Below are positions 25,044 through 38,164 of a stretch of DNA of 64,000 bases, one piece after another. A program made the position numbers and the translations under genes. Position 1 is the stretch's first letter, and each line of letters starts with the position of its first letter. The notes beneath the pieces were generated by a model. It did no database searches. It was not told where the DNA came from and saw only the letters and a list, made by a program, of their open reading frames with translations. The DNA is taken from assembly GCA_951406725.2 (NCBI GenBank), contig OX597817.1, positions 11,718,001 through 11,782,000 of the forward strand. Reading direction: 5' to 3'. This stretch comes from Octopus vulgaris (Eukaryota).

Positions 25044-25609
25044 TTGGGTTGTCCGGAAAGTTCGTGCCGATTTTTAAAGGAAAGAAAAAGGTCAATAGAT
25101 ACTTGCCATTACATTTTTAATCAAACAAATATGAAACATTTTGTTGCACAATGCGTCTCCATCTTTCCTTTAACTTGAAAATACCCGCTTCCCAGAATTG
25201 AGGTGGTTGCATGGCAAAGAATTCATCAAGGTATCTTTTTACGTCATCCAAGGAATTGAAATTTTTACCATTAAGACTATTCTGCAGGGACCTGAATAAG
25301 TGGAAATCCGAAGGAGCAATATCTGGTGAATATGGAGGGTGGGGTAACACATCCCAGCCGAGCTGCAGCAATTTTTCTCTGGTTCCCAACGCATTAAGTG
25401 CCGAAAATGAACTTTTTTATCCTCCATTTTAAAGGGTTACAGAATTAACACAGATTATAGGAACATAAACCTTCTTCCACGAAAAGATAGCTTAAAGTAT
25501 GCTCTAAATGGAGGTGTAGTCAAATCCTATTTTATGGACTCAACCATGTTCTAAAATAAGTCGAAAGGTAAGCTACTATAAATCGGCACGAACTTTCCGG
25601 ACAACCCAA
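25044..25609 (-). mobile_element. Internally deleted mariner transposon
   Basis: ~30-bp TIRs TTGGGTTGTCCGGAAAGTTCGTGCCGATTT with TA TSD; MEDKKVHFRHLM start joined to LGWDVLPHPPYSPDIAPSDFHLFRSLQN C-terminus. Confidence 0.95.
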
Positions 25610-26632
25610 TAGATTTCTTAATTCACTGACTGGACTTGAAAAGTGATTGCACATCAGCTAAACGATCACCTGCTAAACATTAAGATTGAAAAGAAAAAGT
25701 TTCGCTTAGGTTCTTAATACAAAAATATCGATACTTTCAACCGTACTCTTTTAAAAAATGCCCGCAGACTTTCTAAATTCCACGAATTATCTCTCAACAA
25801 ATCAAAAATGAAGCGTTTTCCTTAAAGAGGGAAAGGAGTTTAGGCACACAACCAAAGTTAATCCAGTTATTAGTAACCCTATTGTTGTAACACAATTTTG
25901 AGATAAGATTTAGTAATATTAGTGGAATATCAAAACATGGCCATCTACAAATGAAAGCCTATAAACAATTTTTGAATAAATTAATGGATGTTAGAATACA
26001 TTCAATTCTTGTCGGTAGCTAAATATTTTTAGCAGCCATCTCTTAGTTAAACAACCTAAAGTCTTTTTAATAATGTAATGTATACTGCTTTGACGCTATT
26101 ATATTTTTAATGGCGTTTTAACTACACACTGAACATAGTCAAGTAGCAAAATCTGAAAATGTAGATCACGAAACAAAAAATCTTAACCTCCAGCTTAGAT
26201 GGAATATGGTTTTGCACTGGATGTTTTCGTTATGCAACTAATTTTGAAGTATTCGGGGTGTAGGTAAAATTAGGAAGAGAATTTATCGAAATATTGTTGA
26301 TTCTACTCAGTGGCAAGACAACAGTCTCTAGCACCGGAAGACACGCATTTAGCGCTCTCGGCATGATAGAATAGAGGAAATTTGCTCTCCTCACACCTGC
26401 ACCCCAGATGACAGCTCTCACTCGCTCCTCCTCTTATCATGCCTCTACATCTAATTCAGTCTTTTACAATTTACAACAGCACATGCTTTAGAATATGACG
26501 TTGCCATTACTGTATGTTTCCAAGTGACCTATGATTCCAGACGAGACTACCTCAGCATTATTTCAGATATAATGTAACCCGGAAAGAAACTATCGAACTT
26601 TGTCGCTATTTTTAACTGTGATTTGAAGAGAA

Positions 26633-26635
<3 letters not shown>

Positions 26636-26711
<76 letters not shown>
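26636..26711. repeat. (CA)n microsatellite
   Basis: Seen directly. Confidence 0.95.
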
Positions 26712-26713
<2 letters not shown>

Positions 26714-27838
26714 TTCACACAAGAGCTGAAACTTTGAAATGAGTAAAAAAATTTTCGTGAGCAATTCAGAGTTAAAAGAATCAGAAGGAAGAGATAATAG
26801 TCTGGTCCTTCATGGGTCCTCCTTACTTGTGAGATCGGTGTAGGTTACATTCAACTTGAACGTCAATGGCTTAAATTATACAGGAAGTGCGCTTACGAAG
26901 AGGGTATACTAAAGTGGTGTGGAAAAGTTTGGCAAAGTGAATGAACTGGCATGAGACAGAATACTGTGACGAGAGGAGCAGCGACTGGTATTTCATGAAA
27001 GTCTGAACTGAGGTAGTATGTATCTAATTAATGATGAACGATACAATATGTAACGATACAATATGTAGAAAGAGGAGTCAGTCTATTTTTGAACAAGTTG
27101 GAGTCACGTGGTTTTTCTTTTAGATGCGATAAAGCAACGTGTCTCACTGGTCGGTGGCTGACAGGAATTTAAAAGGGAGCAGGCAAATAGACATGCTTAA
27201 AAAAAAAAAAATCCACTAATAATGAGAGAAAGGGACAGAAAAATTTTCTTTAATATTTGGGAGTGGGGTCTGGTGTTTGTCATTTTCAAACTGTTACAGT
27301 AAACCATGTTTGTATGGATAGCAGCAGCACCGTTATCAGTCATGCAAGCTGTGATTAGTTGTAAGTCTTACTTGATATTTCTAATCGGCAGCTGATTAGA
27401 AATGAAGTACGTGTACCTCTGAAGAGAGAGGATACTTTTAATGATGCAATTCCAGCTTTGTTTAGTATATGGCACCGCTAAGAAACAATCACCAGATATT
27501 ATGAAGTCTAGCATTTGTATTGATTTAATTGCAGGTTGTTGAATATCGTTTAATTGATGAGAAACATGACTTGATATAAACCATGAATTCTTGAAACATG
27601 CTAAATTTTATAACACTATTGCAGGATTGTTTCCACTGTTCAAAGAGACAGTGCATGTTTTTGAGTGCTCTAACTACGATGACGTTTGTAAATGGAAAGT
27701 GGAGAAGGAATAGAAAATAATGTCATTTGCTAACAAGAGAATGTTGGTAGATGACAACAAGCGGGTCGCTACTGTACGATGTGAGCGACATGAACTCCGT
27801 TTCTCGCAAATTGTGATGCTGTCATCAGAAAAGAAAAT

Positions 27839-28247
27839 GGAGTGGCTGTGTGGTAAGTAGCTTGCTAACCAACCACATGGTTCTGGGTTCAGTCCCACTG
27901 CGTGGCATCTTGGGCAAGTGTCTTCTGCTATAGCCCCGGGCCGACCAATGCCTTTTGAGTGGATTTGGTAGACGGAAACTGAAAGAAGCCTGTCGTATAT
28001 ATGTATATATATATATAAGTGTGTGTGTGTGTGTGTTTGTGTCTGTTTGTACCCCTAGCATTGCTTGACAACTGATGCTGGTGTGTTTACGTCCCCGTCA
28101 CTTAGCGGTTCGGCAAAAGAGACCGATAGAATAAGTACTGGGCTTACAAAGAATAAGTCCCGGGGTCTATTTGCTCGACTAAAGGCGGTGCTCCAGCATG
28201 GCCGCAGTCAAATAACTGAAACAAGTAAAAGAGTAAGAGTAAAAGAG
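27839..28247 (+). mobile_element. SINE-A
   Basis: Matches consensus. Confidence 0.9.
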
Positions 28248-28673
28248 ACGTGAAATCAAAAAACGGAGCTTGGAGATTCTCATACTATTCATGCTTAAAC
28301 ACCTTGCTGATATCAAGTCCAACATCATTGTAAGAGTATATTCTCTTTGCAATGATCACAGACATTCATAGTAATACAAAAAAAAAAAATACCCTTTCAC
28401 TGAAAAGGTAAAACAAATAAACTGAGAGAATAACATAATGAAAATATCGTTCGTGAGTAATAAATTCATTACTGCTGTTTAGGAAGAGCACTTAATTCAG
28501 CATATCTCAGTTCCATAAACTACCAGGAATAAAAATGCAATGATCTCGGAATTTCACTTACGATAATATGTTATTCTATCCCAAAAGAAGTTGTTTCTTT
28601 TCCGCTTAGTACTTAATCCAAAATTTTAAAAGCTCCCGTGGCTTGCAGAGACAATATACCTCAGAATGTCACA

Positions 28674-30355
28674 CAATATTCTCAAGATAAATTTTTTAAA
28701 TATATAAATAAAATAAGTGACATTTTAATCCTAATCGCCTTTTTTTTTTAGTCAAAAATCTACCATCCAATAGCTCTTCACTAGTATGTAAAAGAAAATT
28801 AAGGCCCAGACTGTATGCTGCTAATGATTTGAAGGCGCAGGTAGAGTTGAAGAAAGCACCTGTAATCCCAAGCCATATTGCAATGCCAAAGTAACGGTCT
28901 AACCTTTTAGCATTGTCTAACTTAACAAAAACATAGTTATGCCGATGCCTGGATCTCTCTATGCTAGCTGGATCAGCCTTTTCAAGTTTTGATCCAAATT
29001 AAAACCAATATATTTGGTACTTTACTACTCATTTTTCTTATTCTTTGTAAATTTTGTCAAATATTCTCAAGATAATTGTTTTAAATATATAAATAAAATA
29101 AGTGACATTTTAATCCTAATCGCCTTTTTTTTTAGTCAAAAATCTACCATCCAATAGCTCTTCACTGGTTTGTGGACGAAGGCATGAAGTGAATAATTTT
29201 AACAGTAAATTACTCTTATGAAATGTTATGTCAGGAATGAATGCAAAAATGTAATAGTTGTTTGATTCTTTTTTTTTAACAGAGGAAATGAAAATTTAGC
29301 CTGATGGGTGGATGTTGTCGAAATACAAACTAACATGCAGTAGGTGGTTAAGTGTGGGAGTTTCGGTCTGTAGAGATGGTAGCAGCATTCTTTGAAGTTA
29401 TTGCCTGTAATGTTTGTGATGGGTGCTATGATGACGAGGATGATGGGAGTAAAATCGGTTAGAAAGGATGCGATTGAAATGTCCTGATTAAATACACTGA
29501 CGGATACAGGGAGGTTTTATAAATTAGCTGTTAATAGACTTACATAACCATAGCTACACAACGAAAAAGCCAGTATATACAAGCATTTGCATGTAGTTTG
29601 AGGCCACGCAGAACACATGCGACAACCGGGACTGGCACAGAACAAGGATATACCAACGGAGAAGGCGGGAAATTGTGACCAAAGAGATTCGTTGCATTAA
29701 GGAGGTATAGCATGTGATTAATTCAGTCGAGTTAGGAAGCCAATGTGCTTAGACAGCATGGAGAGACAACTGAGCAAAGTGGGAAATTGAACCAACCAGG
29801 TTGCGGTTTCTCCTAAAAGTAGTATATTTTGAATGTGCACTCCCGATTCAAAGGGAGTGTAGTGACACCGCCAAAGGCTGCCATAAATACAAAGGAGTGT
29901 TTTCTGGTGATGTGCAAGTTACCCTTTGCAGGGTACGGCTGGTGGCGCAACCAGGTTCTGAATATGATTGTTGGTACACTAAAGCAACAATGTAGCGATA
30001 TCAATGGAATGAGAATTAAAACAAAGTTGCACCCTGTTGTTTTCTACAAGACAGATAAAATAGGATAACGCAGAAGAGTATGTAAAAGAAAATTAAGGCC
30101 CAGACTGTATGCTGCTAATGATTTGAAGGGGCAGGTAGAGTTGAAGAAAGCACCTGTAATCCCAACCCAATTTGCAATGCCAAAGTAACGGTCTAACCTT
30201 TTAGCATTGTCTAACTTAACAAAAACATAGTCATGCCGCTGCCTGGATCTCTCTATGCTAGCTGGATCAGCCTTTTCAAGTTTTGATCCAAATTAAAACC
30301 AATATATTTGGTACTTTACTACTCATTTTTCTTATTCTTTGTAAATTTTATCAAA
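28674..30355. repeat. Complex local duplication A-B-A'-C-B'
   Basis: A 28674-28782 ~ A' 29061-29166; B 28783-29062 ~ B' 30078-30355. Confidence 0.85.
29560..30240 (+). mobile_element. Decayed Hero/NeSL/R2-group LINE fragment (zinc-knuckle to RLE region)
   Basis: Across frameshifts: KWEIEPTRLRFLLKVVY, GYGWWRNQVLNMIVGTL, AANDLKGQVELKKAPVIPTQFAMPK*RSNL, similar to the L.FL...YD, Y.WRHNQVL and DW...DL...P....T.LRPD motifs. Confidence 0.65.
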
Positions 30356-30624
30356 TGGAGTCAGGGAAAGTGGTCTTGTGATGTCTGTTCTTGTGGTTGT
30401 ATTTTCTTGTGGTTGTATTTTATCAAATGGAGTCAGGGAAAGTGGTCTTGTGATGTCTGTTCTTGTGGTTGTATTTTCTTGTGGTTGTATTTTATCAAAT
30501 GGAGTCAGGGAAAGTGGTCTTGTGATGTCTGTTCTTGTGGTTGTATTTTCTTGTGGTTGTATTTTATCAAATGGAGTCAGGGAAAGTGGTCTTGTGATGT
30601 CTGTTCTTGTGGTTGTATTTTCTT
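30346..30624. repeat. 72-bp minisatellite, ~3.8 identical copies
   Basis: TCAAATGGAGTCAGGGAAAG recurs at 30351, 30423, 30495 and 30567. Confidence 0.95.
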
Positions 30625-31153
30625 CCATATTTCACAGAAGCGATATTATTTGTGGTTCTTTTTGAGCACATACTTCTATATGTTTCCCATATGATTACCG
30701 TATTGTTGGTTATTTAATTTAAATGCTTCACTCTTTCAGCTTTTCAGCTTTGATTGGCTCCGTGTGTGACATCAGTGGGAACAGAAGGTAGTTTCATTCT
30801 TATCCTAAATAATTCCCTTGTCATCTATGATAGAACGAAAAGTGATGACAAGACACTACTTTGTTAAAGACACAGCTCCGAGGTTCTACGTTAGAAGTCA
30901 CAAATGAAAATCTACCCTTGAACTAATCCTCGGTCCCAAGGATGCAACTTAATACTTAGATGATCAGCGTTAAACTCATTGTCTGAGTCCATGACCGGAT
31001 CAAGAGAAACTGGCAACTTTTCAGGAGTTAAGAAGGAGCTTCTGCAATATTTAATCCTGTTCGAACTGCTGGAGAATTTGTGGTAGCATCTACAGCTGAT
31101 CGAAAATTTTTGTAACTTACTTCGCAAGGAAACACGCCTCTATTAGATTTCAC

Positions 31154-31726
31154 CTGATATATATATACATACATCTTATAATAATTCTACTTGTCACTCC
31201 GTAATTCTACTTGCCCATCCGTAACGCTTCCACGTGATTAGTTGAAGGGATGGGTGGGGGAATGACAGGTGAGGTGGGGGGGAGATGAGGATGTGACAGG
31301 AGGGGAGAAAGGGGAGAGGTGGTGGTGAGTGAAATGTGTAATTTTTTAAAGTAAGTTTTTTTTCTCTGTTAGCCTGCCTGTTACGCTTTCACGTGACTAG
31401 TTGAAAGGATAGGCCCAAGAGCAAAAACGAAAAAGAAGAAAGGAGAGAGAAAAAGAGAGTAAGGCGAAGAGTGAGAGAGAAAGGGGGAGAGTATTGCGTA
31501 TTAAGTCTATAAAATTGTGCATGTAGTATATAAAGTGTATATACAAAGTGCATTAAGCATTCATTTTATTCCGATTTCCTTCACTTTTTAGTGATTAGCA
31601 GATGAGTGACTATCTTTCCATACAGACACAACACAGGCTAGACTTTCAGGTTTTTTGGGAAAAGTTTTCAGAAATAACCCAATAAGTTTACTATTAATTC
31701 TATGAAGTATTCACGAGTTCCGTTAG
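31154..31726 (+). mobile_element. Possible old non-autonomous Helitron
   Basis: A|TCTTATAATAATTC start, short internal repeats, degenerate end CACGAGTTCCGTTAG|T. Confidence 0.3.
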
Positions 31727-32030
31727 TATATATGTGTGTGTGTGTGTTTGTGTATGCGTGTATGGATTATGTATGCATGTATATATATATATGTACGTAC
31801 GTATGTACGACCGTTTGCATATGTGTGCATGGACGTGTATGTATGTGTGTGCATGTGTGCGTATGTTTGTGCTTATTTACATACATGTGTTTATGTCTAT
31901 TTACAAGGATAAAAACTGCCAAAGAAACACCATTAGACCTCCTTTCCACTAGACCACAAAATATGAATGACAAAGCTATTCCGTACAGGTTACGTCATCA
32001 AATGTTTTGCACGAAAGATGTATAAAAAGT

Positions 32031-32066
<36 letters not shown>

Positions 32067-32563
32067 TGAGGAGGTGAGGAGGGAGTCAGAGATAAAGAAA
32101 GCAGACAACACCATCCATATTAAATAATATTTAGATTCAGTTATTTTCAGGCGTTTGAAGGAACCTTGGCATTTCATCACAGCATGAAACTGGGACGTAG
32201 ATAAAAAGAATAAAATTATAGAGCCATTATCCTAAAAAGGAATAACATTCCACCAACAAAATCGACTTTTAAGCTTAGATTTCTACAAACACCACCCTGT
32301 TTATAGTATATCAGTATAGTATTTAAATGTGAAGCAAATTATAATAAAGAAAAATTTGAAGAATTATTAGCCATCATTATGATAAAAAATATCAATGATA
32401 TCGCCTCTTTATATTCGCATTTATTTCACACACATATGCATATATGTACAAGCATAGGAACAATATGATTTATAAGCCCAGATATCCTTGCAGCATCGGG
32501 TAACCTTATGATAAAAAAATTACAATTGCTGTGTCAACCAATTATAGAATAAATTGAAATGTA

Positions 32564-32648
<85 letters not shown>

Positions 32649-33213
32649 CATACATACATACATACATACATACATACATACATACATACATACATACATA
32701 CATACATACATGTAGATGGAAAAGCGCTTTTTCATCAGCATCAATGGTTTCTCTTTATATCCCCTCTGTTATATGCAATGAATGCTACAATTATCAAGGT
32801 GTTGATGGAAATGCGTCTTGTTCGGTAGATAGAGTTACCAAAATTAATAAAGTAGGTCTTAAACAATACGGCACCTTGGGCGTTCCTCCTCGAAGACAAT
32901 ATGCATGCCCCACCAATAGCTTATTTTCAGAGCTTGTAGAGATAGCAACATTTGAGCGATGTGGCTGGTGTGAAGAGAAAATAAGTTCCATTGATATTAA
33001 AATCTGCATGATCTTGACAACACCTGGATCCTTCCTCCGAAATGAAGATACCAGCAGTTCTATCTCAATAGAAAAGCTACAGTAAGCTGTTTAAGACCTT
33101 GTACCGTGTATCATATAGGTCACTTGGACAATATCTCCCAAACAATGACTGCCAAAACTATTTCTCCTTTGAATAGGTAAATGTAGGGAAGTTAAGATTT
33201 CACGAGTCGGGAG

Positions 33214-33352
33214 TACGTGGTGCGTCTAAAAGTATCCGACTTTATTTTTCCCGCCAAAACTAGTATCGCATGGGCAAAATCCTTTGGGTGGGGGGTGACG
33301 GGTCCCTTCGTGCGCATGTGTGAAATCTTTTGCGCAGCGTCGGTTCCCGGCC
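33214..33352. mobile_element. mariner-type terminal fragment
   Basis: TACGTGGTGCGTCTAAAAGTATCCGACTTTATTTTT resembles a mariner TIR; no partner end found. Confidence 0.45.
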
Positions 33353-33369
33353 ATTATTCTTAAAATACC

Positions 33370-33600
33370 TATTTCTTTATTACCCACAAGGGGCTAAACA
33401 CAGAGCGGACAAACAAGGACAGACATAGGTATTAAGTCGATTACATCGACCCCAGTGCGTAACTGGTACTTATTTAATCGACCCCGAAAGGATGAAAGGC
33501 AAAGTCGACCTTGGCGGAATTTGAACCCAGAACGTAGTAGCAGACGAAATACCACTAAGCATTTCGCCCGGCGTGCTAACGATTCTGCCGGCTCACTGTC
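33370..33600 (-). mobile_element. SINE-B
   Basis: Full copy; 16-bp TSD TTATTCTTAAAATACC at 33354-33369 and 33601-33616. Confidence 0.92.
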
Positions 33601-34237
33601 TTATTCTTAAAATACCGACAATGCTCCATCCGATTCCAGAACTACTGGATAAACGTAATATAATAACGGTATGGAGAAGAAAAGAAAAACATTCACTATT
33701 GGTATGAACCAATATCAATAGAAAATGCAAGCTTCCTGAGAATAGTATTCCTTATTTAATGTTATGCTTTTATAATCTAAGAACAGAAAGTGATGTCTTC
33801 TAAATATTTGGTAAAGAACATGGTATGTGAAGACTTTAAACATCCAAGATACGACCAGACATATCGATTGTTTCACATATCTGAGGAAGATATTATACAT
33901 GTGTCATATAAATTACGTCGCTTAAGTTAAGTTTGAGTAACCATCACATCTCGGATAAGCAAACAGAATTTCGAATAAATCAAGCATTCAAACGGTATTG
34001 TTTTATTTACGGCATACAAATAAATTAGTATAAAAATAATCTGTTGAAATAAGTTATGTGCAAGCCATTAAAAGTATCTTTGTGACTATTGTGTAAATGC
34101 AAGCATTATGAAAACTGTTTTGATTTGTCTTGATCAGAAATGAGACTGATTCCTGTATGTGGTTAATTCAGCCATTTAGGAAATATACGAAATTAAATTC
34201 CATCCGCTACTTTCATTCTCTTTCTTTTTTTTTTTCT

Positions 34238-34498
34238 CTTTTGCTTGTTTCAGTCATTTGACTGCGGCCATGCTGGAGCACCGCCTTTAGTCGAGCAAAT
34301 CGACCCCGGGACTTATTCTTTTGTAAGCCCAGTACTTATTCTATCGGTCTCTTTTGCCGAACCGCTAAGTAACGGGGACGTAAACACACCAGCATCGGTT
34401 GTCAAGCAATGCTAGGGGGACAAACACAGACACACAAACACACACACGCATATATATATATATATATATATATATAAGAAGCCCGTCATATATATGTA

Positions 34499-34553
<55 letters not shown>

Positions 34554-34732
34554 TATATATACATATATACGACGGGCTTCTTTCAGTTTCCGTCTACCAA
34601 ATCCACTCACAAGGCTTTGGTCGACCCGAGGCTATAGCAGAAGACACTTGCCCAAGATGCCACGCAGTGGGACTGAACCCGGAACCATGTGGTTGGTAAA
34701 CAAGCTACTTACCACACAGCCACTCCTGCGCC
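34238..34732 (-). mobile_element. SINE-A with expanded internal (TA)n
   Basis: Full reverse-complement copy. Confidence 0.9.
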
Positions 34733-35339
34733 TATTTATTTATGTATTAGACTTCGTCTTATTTAAATAGAAATATTTCTCTGCTTCTTTTCAAGATAAG
34801 TAATAGGATCCTCCGATGTATTTGCTATACTTTTAAATGAATAGGGAAACAAGGCAGTTAAGCTTCAAACTGCCAAGGGCTATAAAATGCGATCATAACA
34901 AACTATGCTGGCGAATTACAAGTTGAATGCATAGTCTCCTTCTACAGTGCTAGACTGATATGTATCTTTTCTACGACGCTTGATAATCAATACGTCAATC
35001 ATGACAACCTTGGAAATGACGCTTTTCGAGGATAATCCCAGTGCAGCGGCGGTTGCATAGTTTACGGTTTGAAGGCAAACAAGTCAAAAGCTGTAGCGGA
35101 TGAGAGAAAAACAGAGAGAGGGAGAGAGAGGGGATGGGAGAAAAAGTGAGAGAATGAGAGAAAATGTGGGGGGGAAACAGAAGGAGTGAAGAAACAGGGG
35201 CTCAAACATTATATACATAATCAATTAGGTCGACAAAGGCACAAACTCTTGATGGACAACTTGACGGACATATAAGTAAAACACACACGAAATCAAGTCT
35301 GTTAGAATAATCACGAGAAGTATTTTATATTCTTTTATC

Positions 35340-35728
35340 CCTTCTTCTTCTTTCTTCTTCTTCTTCTTTTTCCTTTTCTTCTTCTTCTTCTCCTTCTTCT
35401 TCTTCTTTTTCTTATTCTTCTTCTTCCTCTTCTTCTTATTCTTCCTCTTCTTCTTATTCTTCTTCTTATTCTTCCTCTTCTTCTTATTCTTCTTCTTATT
35501 CTTCCTCTTCTTATTCTCCTTCTTCTTCATCATCTTCTTATTATTATTCTCCTTCTTCTTCTTCACCATCATCTTCTTCTTCATCATCTTCTTCTTCTTC
35601 TTCTCCTTCTTCTCCTTCTTCTTCTCCTTCTTCTTCTTCTTCTCCTTCTTCTTCTCCTTCTTCTTCTTCTTCTTCTTCTTCTTCTTCTTCTTCTTCTTCT
35701 TCTTCTTCTTCTTTTTCTTTTTCTTCTC
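35340..35728. repeat. (TTC)n-based compound microsatellite
   Basis: Seen directly. Confidence 0.95.
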
Positions 35729-36264
35729 TTAACTATTTTCCCGTTTCCGTAAGGTGCAATTCACAACATAGAATATGATGTGGACGGACCCAACATCGGC
35801 CAATCCGCTTTCGCCATTTGCCTTGTTTACCACTTAAATACAGGTCTTACGTACAAAGCATTTTAAATGTACGCTGTGTGGATGTGTAATAACATCCTAA
35901 CCCTAACCTTAACCCTAAAAACTTACCCTCAAATTAACCATCCCCTTCATATCGTTACGTAAATGCATCGGGACCTTTGCATTTATGTTGTGCTGTGAAA
36001 CTAACGGTTTTTGTGTGTTCTTAAATGGCTTACAAACATCTATGCTGCAATTGTTTTTGTTTCAACACACGATCTCAGATCAAGTCACTTGCTATGCAAG
36101 TATATCTCCGTAATTTAAAACAATCTCTGTGGATAAATGCCAGCAATCACCTTCTCAGGATCTCCAGTGTTTTAATTTCTAAACAGAAAAAATTGTGTGC
36201 AGGGAGTGGGATTGCAAAAAAAAAAAAAATCATAATTTCCCAAATTTTTTTTTTTATAGCATAT

Positions 36265-36575
36265 ACTCTTTACTCTTTTACTCTTTTACTTGTTTCAGTC
36301 ATTTGACTGCGGCCATGCTGGAGCACCGCCTTTAGTCGAGCAAATCGACCCCGGGACTTATTCTTTGTAAGCCCAGCACTTATTCTAGTGGCTGTGTGGC
36401 AAGTAGCTTGCTAACCAACCCCATGGTTCCGGGTTCAGTCCCACTGCGTGGAATCTTGGGCAAGTGTCTTCTGCTATAGCCCCGGGCCGACCAATGCCTT
36501 GTGAGTGGATTTGGTAGACGGAAACTAAGTTGCGGGGACATGAATGAAGTAACACCGGTTGGTAAATGATGGATT
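36265..36575. mobile_element. Chimeric SINE-A (minus-strand 3' part with an embedded plus-strand head)
   Basis: 36265-36387 inverted tail; 36388-36526 forward head; 36525-36572 resumes a diverged minus-strand body. Confidence 0.75.
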
Positions 36576-37250
36576 AAGGGAGCGACAATGTGCAGGTTGT
36601 TTAGCAAGAAGTTACGGAACCGTCTTTGTCGGAATGCGAGAGACGACCATCTTTATATACTTGTAATATTTAACATTAAGTATTACTAACAGAGAGACCA
36701 CCCTCGGCCAGTTTTCTGCTAGCCACTTGATAATAGTTTCACATTTGATTCCCAATACATTTATATGCTAAATACATATAGGAGTGGCTGTGTGGTAACT
36801 AGATGGCTTACTAGCCACATGGTAGAAAGAAAAGATATACGAGAGAAGAAGTTATTTTAAGACTTAATGGCGTCTTAGTTTGTCTCTGAATATGCTCACA
36901 CGTTATTGGCAATTCTCCACAATCTGTAAATACAAAATTTAAACTGACTCAACCACACTTACAGGTGTATCGGTTTTTACGATGTGACTTACCTGATAAA
37001 ATAAACCAATATCTTAATGCCGATTAATTCATTGAAAGTGTGTGTGTGTGTGTCTGTGTGTGTCTGTGTGTAAAGAAATAGCTATAAAGATAAATTTTAT
37101 GACTCGCGTTGCTATCAGATCGACGTAATGGTACCAAAAGTAATATTGTCAGGATGTTGAGGAACGTTCTATATCTGGACTGACAGTCCAACATTTAAAT
37201 CAGTAAGCCCCATTATCAACATGGCTATCTAGAAGTTTGCAGTAATAAAA

Positions 37251-37283
<33 letters not shown>

Positions 37284-37300
37284 CATCATTAATATTATTA

Positions 37301-38075
37301 AGGCGGCGAGCTGGCAGAAACTTTAGCACGCCGGGCGATATGCGTAGCCGTATTTCGTCTGACGCTACGGTCTGAGTTCAAATTCCGCCGAGGTCGACTT
37401 TGCCTTTCATCCTTTCGGAGTCGATTAAAAAGTACCAGTTACGCACTGGGGTCGATCTAATCGACTTAATCCGTTTGTCGGTCCTTGTTTGTCCCCTCTA
37501 TGTTTAGCCCCTTGTGGGCAATAAAGAAATAAGAAATGCTAGCACGCTGGGCGAAATTCTTCGTGGTATTTCTGAGTTCAAATTCTGTAGAAGTCGACTT
37601 TGTCTTTCATCCTTTCGGAGTCGATAAATTAACTACCAGTTGCGTACTGGGGTCAATCTAAACGACTAGCCCCCCTCCCCCAACATTTCGAGCCTTGTAC
37701 CTAGAGTAGAAAAGAATCGCTAACACGTTGGACAAAATGCTTAGCGGTATTTCGCCCGTCGCTGAGTTCTGATTTCAAATTCCGCTGAGGTCGACTTTGC
37801 ATTTCATTAATTCTAGGTCCATAAATTAAGCAGCAGTGAAATACTGGGTCGGTGTAATCGACTATTCCGCCTCCCCACCTCAAAAGATAAAATAGGACGA
37901 AATGATTAGCGGTATTTCGCCTGTCGCTACATTCTGGGTTCAAATTACACCGAGGTCGAATTTGCCTTTCATTCTTTCGGGGACGATAAATTAAGTACCA
38001 GTGAAATTCCGAGGTTGATGTAATCGGCTAGTCACCTCTGCCAAAATTTCAGGCCTTGTGCCTATAATATGATAA
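37301..38075 (+). mobile_element. Head-to-tail cluster of about four SINE-B copies of differing divergence
   Basis: TTCAAATT...GTCGACTTTG...CAT(C/T) body at ~37380, 37580, 37775 and 37940. Confidence 0.85.
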
Positions 38076-38098
38076 AGGATTATTAAGTTTTGTATGGA

Positions 38099-38161
<63 letters not shown>

Positions 38162-38164
<3 letters not shown>

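Noticed and set aside
30748-30787. 40-nt plus-strand exon (TTTTCAG...AAG|GTAGTT)
   Set aside because: Weak donor, no partner exons or recognisable peptide; expected by chance
32744-33085. 113-aa ORF as a gene
   Set aside because: No recognisable domain; the opposite strand has only a faint resemblance to decayed RT, too weak to call
35225-35587. Lys-rich ORF
   Set aside because: Translation of the (GAA)n microsatellite
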